In this document: piece by piece, positions 16,185 to 25,251 of the stretch
Layout: every line of letters starts with the position of its first letter
Position numbering within the stretch: position 1 is the first letter of the stretch
NCBI GenBank assembly: GCA_016187515.1
Contig: JACPJN010000007.1
Location: 140,336-204,335 of the forward strand
Direction of reading: 5' to 3'
DNA: 64,000 nucleotides
Origin: Candidatus Uhrbacteria bacterium
Lineage (GTDB): Bacteria; Patescibacteriota; Patescibacteriia; GWA2-47-26
Position numbers and translations under genes: made by a program
The notes under the pieces: model-generated
What the model saw: only the letters and a program-made list of their open reading frames with translations
What the model was told of the DNA's origin: nothing
Databases searched by the model: none

Positions 16185-17441
16185 TCAATGTGGGCGATTT
16201 GTGATTAACTTCGCGAGGATATCCAGGCAGGATGACCGGCTAAAATGCTTCGCCGCGTAGGTTTGGCCGCTTTTGCCATATTCTTTCAACTTTAATCGTT
16301 CAGTATACATCTGACGAATCATTTTTTCCGCCCGCTCGGGGTCATCTGAAACAATGGAGTAACCGCACCGGGCTTCCCGGATAATCCGATGACCCTCGCT
16401 TACTGCCTGCAAAAACGCCGCGACCGGCAAACCGGCCGCCATATAACCCAAGAGTTTGCCCGGAACCACCGCAGTCGTATTTTCCGGAGCCAAACACATT
16501 AGTCCAACATCCGCCTCGGCCAGGAGCGCCGGATATTGCCGCGGCGGCACAAACGCTCCAAAAGTAACATTTCCCAAACCGTATTTATTAGCCAGTTGCT
16601 TTAGCCGCTCTTTTTCAGTGCCCTCTCCCACCAATAAAAAATGCGCCTCCTTAATGTCCGCCATACGCCGCGCCACTTCAATTACCAGCTCTAATCCTTG
16701 GGTTGGTCCAAAAATTCCGGCAAACAAAAAAATGAACTTGCCTTCCAGTCCATACTGTCTGCGAAATGACTCATGCTCTCCCTCTCCCCCGGTGGGAGAG
16801 GGTGGGGGTGAGGGGCAAGCAAATCCCGCGACATCTATCCAATTATATACGGTGGTAATCTTCTCCGGCGGCACGGCTTTTTTTTGAATAAGGAATTCTC
16901 GACCACCGCTCGTATGGGTGGTCAGCGCATCGGCCGCACGATACGCGCGGCGTTCCAGATACTCGTAAAACTTAATCAGCGCTTGGTGCTTCATTATGCC
17001 CGCATCGATCGCATTTTGCGGAAAAATATCCTGCACGTTTAAAAGATAGCGCGCGCCATATTTCTTTTTTACCCAAGCGCCCACTTGCGCCAAAGGAAAA
17101 TGCGGTATATAGACAACTACACCATCAATCGTCCCTGCCACGAACTTTTTTATGGCGCGTCGGTATACAAAAGGGAGCGTAAGCTCGCTTAATCCGCGCA
17201 ACACATAATTGGATGTCCGCTGTCCAAATGTTTTGATTCTTACCACCGTAACCGCTCCTTCTTTGACAACTGTGGGCCAGGATTTCCCTTTTTCATCATC
17301 AGGCAGGTTATCCTCCGGCTGGGGAGTCATAACCGTTACCGTATGTCCGCGCGCCACTAACCCTTCCGCCAACTCGCGCATCATCGTCGAAATTGAGCGG
17401 ATCTCCGGAGGATAAAAGCTAGTAAGCAGAAGAATATTCAT
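16185..17441 (-). CDS. GT4 family glycosyltransferase (GT-B, retaining)
   Basis: Glycos_transf_1 C-terminal pattern (GEG..., EGxxxxxxEAMAAGLPV). Carries an in-frame palindromic insert (CPSPPPSPTGGEGEHES). Confidence 0.8.
   Translation of the reverse strand: MNILLLTSFYPPEIRSISTMMRELAEGLVARGHTVTVMTPQPEDNLPDDEKGKSWPTVVKEGAVTVVRIKTFGQRTSNYVLRGLSELTLPFVYRRAIKKFVAGTIDGVVVYIPHFPLAQVGAWVKKKYGARYLLNVQDIFPQNAIDAGIMKHQALIKFYEYLERRAYRAADALTTHTSGGREFLIQKKAVPPEKITTVYNWIDVAGFACPSPPPSPTGGEGEHESFRRQYGLEGKFIFLFAGIFGPTQGLELVIEVARRMADIKEAHFLLVGEGTEKERLKQLANKYGLGNVTFGAFVPPRQYPALLAEADVGLMCLAPENTTAVVPGKLLGYMAAGLPVAAFLQAVSEGHRIIREARCGYSIVSDDPERAEKMIRQMYTERLKLKEYGKSGQTYAAKHFSRSSCLDILAKLITNRPH
16776..16816. repeat. 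CTCCCC-GGGGAG palindromic element copy b, in-frame inside the GT4 CDS
   Basis: CCTCTCCC CCGGTG GGAGAGG plus GTGGGGGTGAGGGG. Confidence 0.55.
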
Positions 17442-17454
17442 ATCAATCCAATCT

Positions 17455-17486
17455 CCTCCCCTTAAAGTAAGGGGAGCTAAGAGGGG
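17455..17486. repeat. CTCCCC-GGGGAG palindromic element copy c (CTCCCCTTA AAG TAAGGGGAG), intergenic
   Basis: Perfect 9-bp arms. Confidence 0.6.
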
Positions 17487-17564
17487 TTATGAGTGTAGTG
17501 ATCATAACAAAAATCGACTCACCCGGCAAGAACCCGCCTTTAGCAGCGCCGCTCATACCTCGGG

Positions 17565-17612
17565 AAAAAACAAATAAAAAAGCGACCCTCGCGCCGCGAG
17601 AGTCGTCGTTTT
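17565..17612. terminator. bidirectional intrinsic-terminator-like hairpin (CGACCCTCGCG/CGCGAGAGTCG) flanked by an A-run and a T-run; terminator for the MFS gene
   Basis: 11-bp stem with 1 mismatch, directly downstream of the MFS stop (17620). T-run on both strands. Confidence 0.5.
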
Positions 17613-17619
17613 CCACCTG

Positions 17620-18813
17620 CTATAGAATCTCCCCTGCGATCCGCTCCCGCACCACCGCAAGCGGAACACGGCGCAACGGAAGAAATATGAGATAAGAGAA
17701 GACGATGACCGCGAGAGACACCGAGTAGACCGCCTGTCCTTCAAAAAACACTGAAACAACAAGCGCCGCGGTAAACGCAATGCTTTGCACCATCCAAACC
17801 AGCGCCGAGACGGATTCGACATTTTGTTCGTTGGAGATATCGCCTACGAGCGCAAAGGTAATCGTGCGAGAAATTCCAAAGTTGAACGCGAGCAGAAGGA
17901 TCGCCGCCACCAGTACTGCCGGAACACGCGCGCCAAGCATAAGGCCAACCCCGGCAATGCTTAACACATACATCAGCGTGATCATGCCGCGCCGTCCGCG
18001 CAAATCAGAAAGTTTTCCAAATAGGTAAGCAAAAAGCATGGGCATGATATAAAAACTTCCCACAAGCAATCCAATCGCCCATACTCCAATGGTGCGCTTT
18101 ATCTCAAGAGGGACAATGCCGAGCATGAGCCCCTGAATGAAATTAAAAACAAACCAAATCGCCGACATCCGCAGCGCGGTACGACTGACCATCGCACGTC
18201 TCATCTCACGCCATTTATTGCTTTTCACCTCCACACGGATGTCATCGACGCGCCCAAGAAATGGCAATGCGACAAGCGGAACAAGCGCGAACAAGGCGAA
18301 CCCTCCGCGATAGCCCAGAATCGGAAGCAAGAGTCCCAGGAGCAATACTCCGCTTGCGGCGCCAACCGAAAAAAGCGTGGAAAAGAAACCGGCATTTGCG
18401 CCATACACCGCGGGGTCGCTGGCGCGAATAAGGTACGAATTCTGCGCGGTCCACAGCACCGCGCCAAACGCGCCAAGCAGCGCGGAAGCCGGATAAATCA
18501 GTGCCGGGTTTGCTGTCAGCAATGAAAGACAATAAAGCGTGTAAAAGAATACTGATCCAATCATGCTTCGCTTGGCGCCAATCTTGGAGATCACCACCGC
18601 GCCGATTGGATTTACCAGCGTGAAAACCGAGTACAGAATGATAAGCGAGACAAAACCAACTTGCTTGATCCCCGCCCCATCAAAAAACGTAGTCACGTAC
18701 TGCTGAACTCCGTCAAATCCGAAAAAGATAAGCAGGAATGCTGCGCTCAAGAGCTTGGCGTTTCGATTTATGGAATGTGCCATACTATTCCTCCGCCCCC
18801 ACCCTATCACCAC
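17620..18813 (-). CDS. MFS transporter
   Basis: About 12 TM helices with MFS-like charged loops. Confidence 0.65.
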   Translation of the reverse strand: MVIGWGRRNSMAHSINRNAKLLSAAFLLIFFGFDGVQQYVTTFFDGAGIKQVGFVSLIILYSVFTLVNPIGAVVISKIGAKRSMIGSVFFYTLYCLSLLTANPALIYPASALLGAFGAVLWTAQNSYLIRASDPAVYGANAGFFSTLFSVGAASGVLLLGLLLPILGYRGGFALFALVPLVALPFLGRVDDIRVEVKSNKWREMRRAMVSRTALRMSAIWFVFNFIQGLMLGIVPLEIKRTIGVWAIGLLVGSFYIMPMLFAYLFGKLSDLRGRRGMITLMYVLSIAGVGLMLGARVPAVLVAAILLLAFNFGISRTITFALVGDISNEQNVESVSALVWMVQSIAFTAALVVSVFFEGQAVYSVSLAVIVFSYLIFLPLRRVPLAVVRERIAGEIL

Positions 18814-18854
18814 GCGCGTCAGTTGTCAAAAACAAAAAGAATCCCGTATCCATC

Positions 18855-19280
18855 TTACTTGTGTGTGGCAATAAACTTTGTAATCGCTTCGATATATTGC
18901 GGGTACTCGCGCACCGCATCACTTATCGCGTCATATAATACATCGTAGCGGATCCCGTCATATTCATGAATAAGGCGATTGCGAAGGCCGGCGGACTTGG
19001 CGACTTCACCGGCAAATTTCGCCGTAAGTACTCCAAACTCTGCGAGTTTCAAAAACGAATCTTCATAAGTATCTGGGGGAGCTTTTCCTGATTCCACTAA
19101 AAGATGACTATTGATATCAATCGCGCGATTCACAATATGTTCAAGCAAATGCTCGGTAACATGCCGTGTGCGTGAGTCCTCTAAAAATACTTCCCAATGC
19201 GGTGGTTTTTCCCGCCGAAGTTCTTCAAGATCCGCCTTGATTAATTTTAGTTTTTGCTCCACAAATTCTCGATCAATCAT
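18855..19280 (-). CDS. hepT: HepT-family (DUF86) RNase toxin of a type VII toxin-antitoxin pair
   Basis: Rx4HxY motif (RNRLIHEYDG). About 140 aa. 4-bp overlap with the upstream MNT gene. Confidence 0.8.
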   Translation of the reverse strand: MIDREFVEQKLKLIKADLEELRREKPPHWEVFLEDSRTRHVTEHLLEHIVNRAIDINSHLLVESGKAPPDTYEDSFLKLAEFGVLTAKFAGEVAKSAGLRNRLIHEYDGIRYDVLYDAISDAVREYPQYIEAITKFIATHK

Positions 19281-19684
19281 ACCGCACGGAGATATTTACG
19301 AGTAAGCGCGCGGAGATGCGCAGTATCTAAATATTCAGAAACTGCTCGCGTTCGAAATTGTGCCGCGGTTCTAGGATCGCCGTATAAAAGTTTCGAGGCG
19401 CGCACCAGCTGCATTTTAAGAAGCGGACTCGTATGCGTCAAAACCGTCAAGTCAACATTTTTTTTAAATACACGAGTTAAATCAGAAATAAGATCCAATT
19501 CGTCTTTATTGGAAAGCGACTTGGTTGGGAGCACGGCAATATCAAAATCACTATCCGGCCTGGCATGACCTTTTACGTAAGACCCAAATGCAAAGATAAG
19601 CGCAAGATGATATTGCGCCGCAATGCGATCTATCTCTTTAGTCGGTATATTCTTTAACTTCTCCATATGGTGTAATTCTACCAT
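19277..19684 (-). CDS. mntA: MntA-family minimal nucleotidyltransferase antitoxin
   Basis: GSx10DxD motif (GSYVKGHARPDSDFDIAV). About 135 aa. Confidence 0.8.
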   Translation of the reverse strand: MVELHHMEKLKNIPTKEIDRIAAQYHLALIFAFGSYVKGHARPDSDFDIAVLPTKSLSNKDELDLISDLTRVFKKNVDLTVLTHTSPLLKMQLVRASKLLYGDPRTAAQFRTRAVSEYLDTAHLRALTRKYLRAV

Positions 19685-19699
19685 ACCTCCAATAATCAG

Positions 19700-19738
19700 T
19701 CAAAAACAAAAGCCGCCCGTGTTGTGCCACGCGCGGCA
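19700..19738 (-). terminator. intrinsic-terminator-like hairpin (GCCGC...GCGGC) with a downstream T-run on the minus strand, after the HAD hydrolase gene
   Basis: Plus strand reads caaaaacaaaagccgcccgtgttgtgccacgcgcggc. On the minus strand the hairpin is followed by TTTTGTTTTTG. Confidence 0.4.
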
Positions 19739-19760
19739 GTAACCCCCTATCGTTTGTGTA

Positions 19761-20399
19761 CTACTTGAACAATCCGTGCTCGCGCAGGGCGGCGCGGAGT
19801 TTTTGTACGCCCACAACCGGGGTGGGGTCGTACTGGTGCGTCTGCAAGCCGGCGCGGCGGGCCGCTTCGCAGTTGGCCAGCGCATCGTCCACAAGGAGAA
19901 TCGCGGATGGATCTTTGTCCTGCCAGTGAAGCGCCTTAAGGATCACCGGCCAGGCGCCTTCATCGGTCTTGGTCTTGCCGATGTCGTGTGAACGAACGAC
20001 CTGACCGAACCGCTTCTCAAGCTCGATGAGTTGCATCTCCCGCATGGTCTGCCACTTGTTGGTGGTCGTGACAAACGCAAGCGGAACCTTGACCATCTTG
20101 AGTCCATCAAGCAGGTTCACCACAACATCATCAACGATGTAAATGTGCGCATCGTGGGCGGCGCGCAACTCGATGTAGCCCAGCCAGCTGTTCTTGAGAT
20201 GGCGAGATCCGAGCCGGTTTGCAAACTCCGTACCAGTCAGCTTCCCTCGCGCGAAGTCGGCGTAATCCTCGTTCCGAAAAAATTGCACCGCGACATCGGG
20301 GGGGATGCCGTAGTCCTCGAGGATCGCCCATGTAATGGCATGCGTTGCGCGCACGATCACGTTGCCGACGTCAAAGAGCACAAATTGGATTTGGGTCAT
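19761..20399 (-). CDS. HAD-superfamily hydrolase (subfamily IA-like)
   Basis: Motif I VLFDVGNV (DxG). GC-rich gene. Confidence 0.65.
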   Translation of the reverse strand: MTQIQFVLFDVGNVIVRATHAITWAILEDYGIPPDVAVQFFRNEDYADFARGKLTGTEFANRLGSRHLKNSWLGYIELRAAHDAHIYIVDDVVVNLLDGLKMVKVPLAFVTTTNKWQTMREMQLIELEKRFGQVVRSHDIGKTKTDEGAWPVILKALHWQDKDPSAILLVDDALANCEAARRAGLQTHQYDPTPVVGVQKLRAALREHGLFK

Positions 20400-20539
20400 C
20401 GAGCTTCTCCTTGTCTGTTATTGTCATTTCGACCAAGCGAGCCGGGCGAGCGCGTGGAGAAATCTCTACCGCCAGGCATACCATGGTGTAGGGATCTCTC
20501 GCCCCGACTTTATGTCGGGGCTCGAGATGACGAAAATGG

Positions 20540-21547
20540 TTACTTCAGCCACCCCAGCGCCTCCAGCACGGCGCGGCCGATATGGGTTACGGCCAGCGCG
20601 CGGTTTTCGCCGTCAAGCACAAAGTGGTGACCAAAGTCATTCAGCCCGCCCTCGAAATTGAGGGCGAACACGACCGGCGAACGATCCGGACGCGGCGCGA
20701 TTGCGACCATGCGGCGGCGCATGGGCGTGCCGTTATGCGTCTCCAGGTCGCGGAACTTCCAACCCGTACCTTCAAGCTGCAACTTGGCTACGCTCGTGAT
20801 GGCAAAATCGCCAACCGGGCCGGCGGTTACAACACCGGCCTGGCCATTGAGAGTGTCGCGACCAACTGTAAGCAGCTCAAGTCCCACATCCCGGCTGAAA
20901 AAACTCGTAGACGGACTGACGTCTCCCTCTGGACGAGCAATGAAAGGATCCCACGCCTGCGTCTGCACGACGTCAAACTTTTCCTGATGATCTGTCAGCT
21001 CTCTGGGGAGCACGAAACGCGCCCGACCATCTTCCTTATACACCCCCATCTCCACCATCTCGCCGATCTGGTCGACCAAGAGATTTACGGTCTCGGCCAT
21101 TCCGCCGGACGGCTCGGCATCGTTTTGCCGCCCAGGCGCGCCGGTATTGCGCACGTGCATGATCGCGACCCACTCCGGAAACGCCGGCTCGGGCATGTAC
21201 CCGAAGTACTTTTCCAAAAGCCGCGACATGCGCCGCTCGTCCAGATGAGCGAGCGCCACCCACCGCACGAGCATCGCAGTTGCGCCGCCAAAGTGCGCCA
21301 CACCTTCAAACTTGCCCGGCTTGCGCTCCTTGTGGACGCGCTCAAGCGTATCCACGTCGAGTCCCGCTTTTCTTGCCGCATCCGGATCCGGCGGCTTGGG
21401 TGTGGTCATAACCTGCAGATCGCGCGTTTGCGCCACGATCCGACCGTCTTGCGTCACTTCTCCGAAAACGATTCCTTTGGTCCAGGGCATTGGTTTTCTC
21501 CTTGTGTTGTGGGGGGTTTCGTGGTTGTCAATGAAATGAACAAGCAT
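20540..21547 (-). CDS. hypothetical protein (GC-rich island); start may be at MPWTKG (21490)
   Basis: Balanced amino-acid composition on the minus strand. The overlapping plus-strand ORF 20582..21691 is Arg-rich and looks like an antisense artefact. Confidence 0.4.
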   Translation of the reverse strand: MLVHFIDNHETPHNTRRKPMPWTKGIVFGEVTQDGRIVAQTRDLQVMTTPKPPDPDAARKAGLDVDTLERVHKERKPGKFEGVAHFGGATAMLVRWVALAHLDERRMSRLLEKYFGYMPEPAFPEWVAIMHVRNTGAPGRQNDAEPSGGMAETVNLLVDQIGEMVEMGVYKEDGRARFVLPRELTDHQEKFDVVQTQAWDPFIARPEGDVSPSTSFFSRDVGLELLTVGRDTLNGQAGVVTAGPVGDFAITSVAKLQLEGTGWKFRDLETHNGTPMRRRMVAIAPRPDRSPVVFALNFEGGLNDFGHHFVLDGENRALAVTHIGRAVLEALGWLK

Positions 21548-21590
21548 CCCTTTTGGGATGCTTCTACCTTACATAAAACGCTACACCGTG

Positions 21591-22430
21591 TCAAGTCCAG
21601 GAAAGCATTGCCCGCACTGGCAGATGATCGGAAACGTCTACCTCCGGCGCATCAATGGACTCCACGCGAAAATGCGGCGAGGTGTAGATAAAGTCCACCA
21701 ATCGCCCGGCGCCGAGAACCTCCGCGGCGCGGTGCGTGCGAAGATTAAGGGTATTGTTGATGCCCGAACCATAGCAGGTATTACTCGCCGCCTTATCAAG
21801 AATCCGTATCACTTCCGAACCCGGCTCCATATTAAAATCACCGCCCAGTATAAATGGCTCATCGCCAAGTCCCCGCAGATACTCCGCGAGCAGGCGTGCC
21901 TGACGAATTTTTTCCGGCGTATCAACTGGAGCTTTGGTCCAAGCGCCATGAGTGGAAAGTATATGGAAAATACCCTCTCCCACCCCCTCTTCTCCCACCA
22001 CCCCCCGCCCCTCCTCTGGCAGGAGGGGAGACCCCCCTCGGGCAGGGGGAGAAAAACGCACGATTACGTCCAGCGCATTGCGCGGCATTTCCGGCCCGTC
22101 TTTTTCCCAAAGCAAATCCGAATAATCACGATATGCTTTTAACTGAACCGTATTACTGGCTAGGATTTTACCGCGAGCAAGCACCGCGTTACTTTCATAC
22201 GAAGATGAGTCGCCAATCAAACGAAACATCGGGGCTACAACCCCTTCAAGACCCAAGGCACTCCTAAGGTGCTGAAAAATATCCATACGCTGATCAGCCC
22301 AAAAGTTAACCCGCCCGCCAGAAACCTCCTGCATGGTAATGATATCCGGCTGCTCGCCGCGCAAAAACGAAATCAACTTATCCAAGAATTTACCGTGATA
22401 GATATTGATCTGAATGACTTTCAACCGCAT
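21591..22430 (-). CDS. endonuclease/exonuclease/phosphatase (EEP) family protein
   Basis: GDFNM and SDHLPV EEP motifs. Carries an in-frame G/P/E-rich insert from a palindromic element. Confidence 0.7.
   Translation of the reverse strand: MRLKVIQINIYHGKFLDKLISFLRGEQPDIITMQEVSGGRVNFWADQRMDIFQHLRSALGLEGVVAPMFRLIGDSSSYESNAVLARGKILASNTVQLKAYRDYSDLLWEKDGPEMPRNALDVIVRFSPPARGGSPLLPEEGRGVVGEEGVGEGIFHILSTHGAWTKAPVDTPEKIRQARLLAEYLRGLGDEPFILGGDFNMEPGSEVIRILDKAASNTCYGSGINNTLNLRTHRAAEVLGAGRLVDFIYTSPHFRVESIDAPEVDVSDHLPVRAMLSWT
21974..22054. repeat. composite CTCCCC-GGGGAG palindromic element copy d, in-frame inside the EEP CDS
   Basis: CCCCTCCT CTGGC AGGAGGGG at 22008-22028 and CCCCCCTC GGGCA GGGGGAG at 22032-22051. 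Confidence 0.6.
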
Positions 22431-22431
22431 A

Positions 22432-23340
22432 CTAAATAATTTTATGGCGTCGCGCCAGCTCGGACATGGTGATTATTTTCCGGCCGCTTTGCAGGATATT
22501 CTCAATGGCCCGCTCCAAGTGGTGGATTTTTTCTTCCAAAGGCGTACCCAGCCGCTCTAGCGGAACTTTTCGTCCGGGATCAAGATCGCGGCGATCCATC
22601 AGATCCGCCGGATGGATTAAATAGTAAAACGCATCAATCTCCCGCAGGCAGGACTTAAGCAGTTGCAGATGCCGCTTCCAACCAATCATAAATCCCAGCG
22701 TATGCCAACAGGCGACTCGGAAGCGATTGGTCGGCAAGGGCAGGACGGTCACTCCTTGTTTCTGACATACTCCTCGCGTTCCAAACGCAAGCGTGAGCCA
22801 ATCCTTGCGCTTCAATATAGCAAAGAATTTTTTGTTTCCCAGATGATTGTACAGATTTTTTGCAATTACTGGAAACATGATCCATGAAGGAAATATGGAT
22901 GTATCATACTCATACCCGAGTTCGCTAAGCACTGTATAAAGTGTCCGAGACGTATTCCAGGCAGGTGAGATAAATCCTCTAGGCGCGCTCCCCGTAGTTT
23001 CTGCAATGGCATCGTGCGCGTGTTTCACATCTTCGTAGATCGCCGCGCGTGACATTGCGCCCAAATCCATCTGATGCAGCCAAGAATGGTTTCCTATCTC
23101 ATGTCCATCGCGTGCCCACGCGCGGACCCGCTCACGATTTTCGGGCTTTTCCAAATCCTTTCCCACCACATAAATACTGTATTTGAAATCATATTTGCGC
23201 GCGATCTGAAAAAAACGATCCGCGATTTGAAAAAAAGACGGGTCCGGGTATCCCGACGGCCATCCGTATGCCTCTCCAAGCGAGTCAAGATTCAAGCTAA
23301 TCGCGGCGTACTGCATACAATAGATCACTCCATTTAGCAA
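22432..23340 (-). CDS. polysaccharide deacetylase-like protein (CE4/NodB-related)
   Basis: HSWLH motif-2-like region. Family call is tentative. Confidence 0.45.
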   Translation of the reverse strand: MLNGVIYCMQYAAISLNLDSLGEAYGWPSGYPDPSFFQIADRFFQIARKYDFKYSIYVVGKDLEKPENRERVRAWARDGHEIGNHSWLHQMDLGAMSRAAIYEDVKHAHDAIAETTGSAPRGFISPAWNTSRTLYTVLSELGYEYDTSIFPSWIMFPVIAKNLYNHLGNKKFFAILKRKDWLTLAFGTRGVCQKQGVTVLPLPTNRFRVACWHTLGFMIGWKRHLQLLKSCLREIDAFYYLIHPADLMDRRDLDPGRKVPLERLGTPLEEKIHHLERAIENILQSGRKIITMSELARRHKII

Positions 23341-24082
23341 TGCTACAATCGTTCTTTTTTACATCCACGCGCGTCGGAAGGCCAGAATAACTAGATGGGA
23401 TATCCGGACGCGGGTTTTGATATTCTCCGCGCACAAGGCGCTCCACCGCGCGCGACGCAAGATCGGGGAAATCGCGAAACACTTGGATATAAAACCGCAG
23501 CATGGATTGGTTGCGAGCATATTCTTTCTGCACCAGGATTTTTCCGGCATCAATCTTCTCCTCTACCTGATGAAAGGTTACGCCAGTCGGCTGATTGTGC
23601 GCGTGCGCCCAAAAATACGGAAACAATCCGCGACAGGACGGCAACATGGCCGCGTGCTTGTTAATAATGCCGACTCGCGGCGCGCCAATAATTTCTTTTT
23701 TAAGCACCTGGCCCACGGTAATCAATACCACATCAATCTTATTATCTTTGATCCATTGCGTTACGGCAGGATCGTTGGGGGTATCGGCGGTATGCAGGGT
23801 TAGGCCGTGTTTATTCGACAACTGTCGCCAGGTTTTTATACCGGAGCATAACTGCACTAGACGAGTTTTAGACGCATACAATCCAAGAATCACAAAATTC
23901 CAAAACCCGAAAACTCGCCGGTACCATAATGAGATCCGCGCACCTTTGAATTTCCCCAGCTGATCCGGAAACACATACAATCCCACTACCCGATACTGCT
24001 TTTGCAACTCTGGGATGGCGCGCTTCCAGGCCGGAAACGCCCAAGTATAATCATTGGCTGTAAAAATGGCAAGGCGGATCAT
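23297..24082 (-). CDS. formyltransferase-domain protein (Fmt/ArnA-N-like; putative sugar N-formyltransferase)
   Basis: HAAMLPSCRG (SLLPxxRG-like) and GVTFHQVEEKIDAGKIL motifs. Start set at MIRLAIF to avoid overlap with the next gene. Confidence 0.6.
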   Translation of the reverse strand: MIRLAIFTANDYTWAFPAWKRAIPELQKQYRVVGLYVFPDQLGKFKGARISLWYRRVFGFWNFVILGLYASKTRLVQLCSGIKTWRQLSNKHGLTLHTADTPNDPAVTQWIKDNKIDVVLITVGQVLKKEIIGAPRVGIINKHAAMLPSCRGLFPYFWAHAHNQPTGVTFHQVEEKIDAGKILVQKEYARNQSMLRFYIQVFRDFPDLASRAVERLVRGEYQNPRPDIPSSYSGLPTRVDVKKNDCSIAKWSDLLYAVRRD

Positions 24083-24099
24083 GTCTAAACAGTTCACGA

Positions 24100-25251
24100 T
24101 TAAAATCCAAAAAATCCTAAAATCTTTTTCGCTGTCCGTTTCATCTTGGAAGGCCAAAATACTCTTCGACTGCCATCCGTATAAACACTCTTCTCTAACA
24201 CCATGGTGCGGTAGTATTCCAATGTTTGTTTTTCTTTAACGTATTCTTTAAAAAATGGGGAGTGATCAGCAATAATAAGATCAAGCTCTTTCGGACTTTC
24301 CGTAAATGCGGCGTGATTTTCAAAATAGTGCGCGTCCAGGGTGCGATAGTAAATACCGTTTTTTTTGATTACGGCCCAAATATTGATGGTTTGATTCACC
24401 CGCGGCGCAAAATCAGTATGCTCCTCCGCGATAAGATAGGGCCGCTCCTTTTCGGAAAACAAAGAAATTCCGTCAATATTCTCCGCCACCGGCGCCCCGA
24501 TAATTTCGCACAGCGTCGGATAAATATCCATGACGGATGAAAACCGTTCGCTGACGACCAGGCCGCGGTCAGCTTTCTTTCTGTGCAATAAAAAAGTATT
24601 GGTGCGAGCTTTATTTAAAAGCAGATAAGCCGGTTCTTTCTTAAACTCGCGGCGCAGCTTAAAGCCATGATCGGAGAAAATCAGAAGGTGATCAAAGTCG
24701 TCAACATTCAGATCGCGGCGAAGTATCCGTAGGGAATTCGCGACTTTTTGATGTCCTTTTTTGACAAACCGCGGATAATAATCAAAATCATCCATCGCAT
24801 AGTGAAAATCTGCTAAAGAAATATAGACCAAACTTTTATCTTTAATGTCCAATCCTTGTAAAAATTTCTCCAGATTCAGATCTGTATTGTGTACTCCTCT
24901 GGAGTTAAATCCCGGGGGGAATACCCCATTCCTTTTTTCATTCGGATTATTGAAAAAAGATAAATTAAAGCCATGTTCCAACAAAATTTCCAGGATATTT
25001 TTTCCGTCATTTTTCAAAAAAAATCCCGGATATTTTATCCGTTTATCACAGCCATTTTTGTAAGGATACTTTCCTGACCAAACACACGCCAAACTCCTGG
25101 CCGTGTCCGGGGCCGGCGTAAAACAATTTCGATATAATGTCCCGCCGATCTTTTCAAATTCTTCATCCAGCGACCCCTTCTCCCGAGTGCGGTTCACGAC
25201 ATGCAGCATCTCCGGCCGCAGCATGTCTATAAAAATAATGAGAATCTTCAT
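24100..25251 (-). CDS. alkaline-phosphatase superfamily protein (sulfatase/phospho-headgroup transferase-like)
   Basis: IFIDMLRPEM N-terminal metal-site region and FSDHGF motif. AT-rich gene. Confidence 0.5.
   Translation of the reverse strand: MKILIIFIDMLRPEMLHVVNRTREKGSLDEEFEKIGGTLYRNCFTPAPDTARSLACVWSGKYPYKNGCDKRIKYPGFFLKNDGKNILEILLEHGFNLSFFNNPNEKRNGVFPPGFNSRGVHNTDLNLEKFLQGLDIKDKSLVYISLADFHYAMDDFDYYPRFVKKGHQKVANSLRILRRDLNVDDFDHLLIFSDHGFKLRREFKKEPAYLLLNKARTNTFLLHRKKADRGLVVSERFSSVMDIYPTLCEIIGAPVAENIDGISLFSEKERPYLIAEEHTDFAPRVNQTINIWAVIKKNGIYYRTLDAHYFENHAAFTESPKELDLIIADHSPFFKEYVKEKQTLEYYRTMVLEKSVYTDGSRRVFWPSKMKRTAKKILGFFGF

Noticed and set aside
20500-20522. Hairpin GCCCCGAC-TTTATG-GTCGGGGC in the intergenic region after the hypothetical GC-island gene.
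   Set aside because: No adjacent U-run on either strand. Terminator function not supported.
20582-21691. 369-aa plus-strand ORF overlapping the 20540-21547 gene.
   Set aside because: Arg/Ala-rich composition typical of an antisense frame in GC-rich DNA. The minus-strand frame has protein-like composition.
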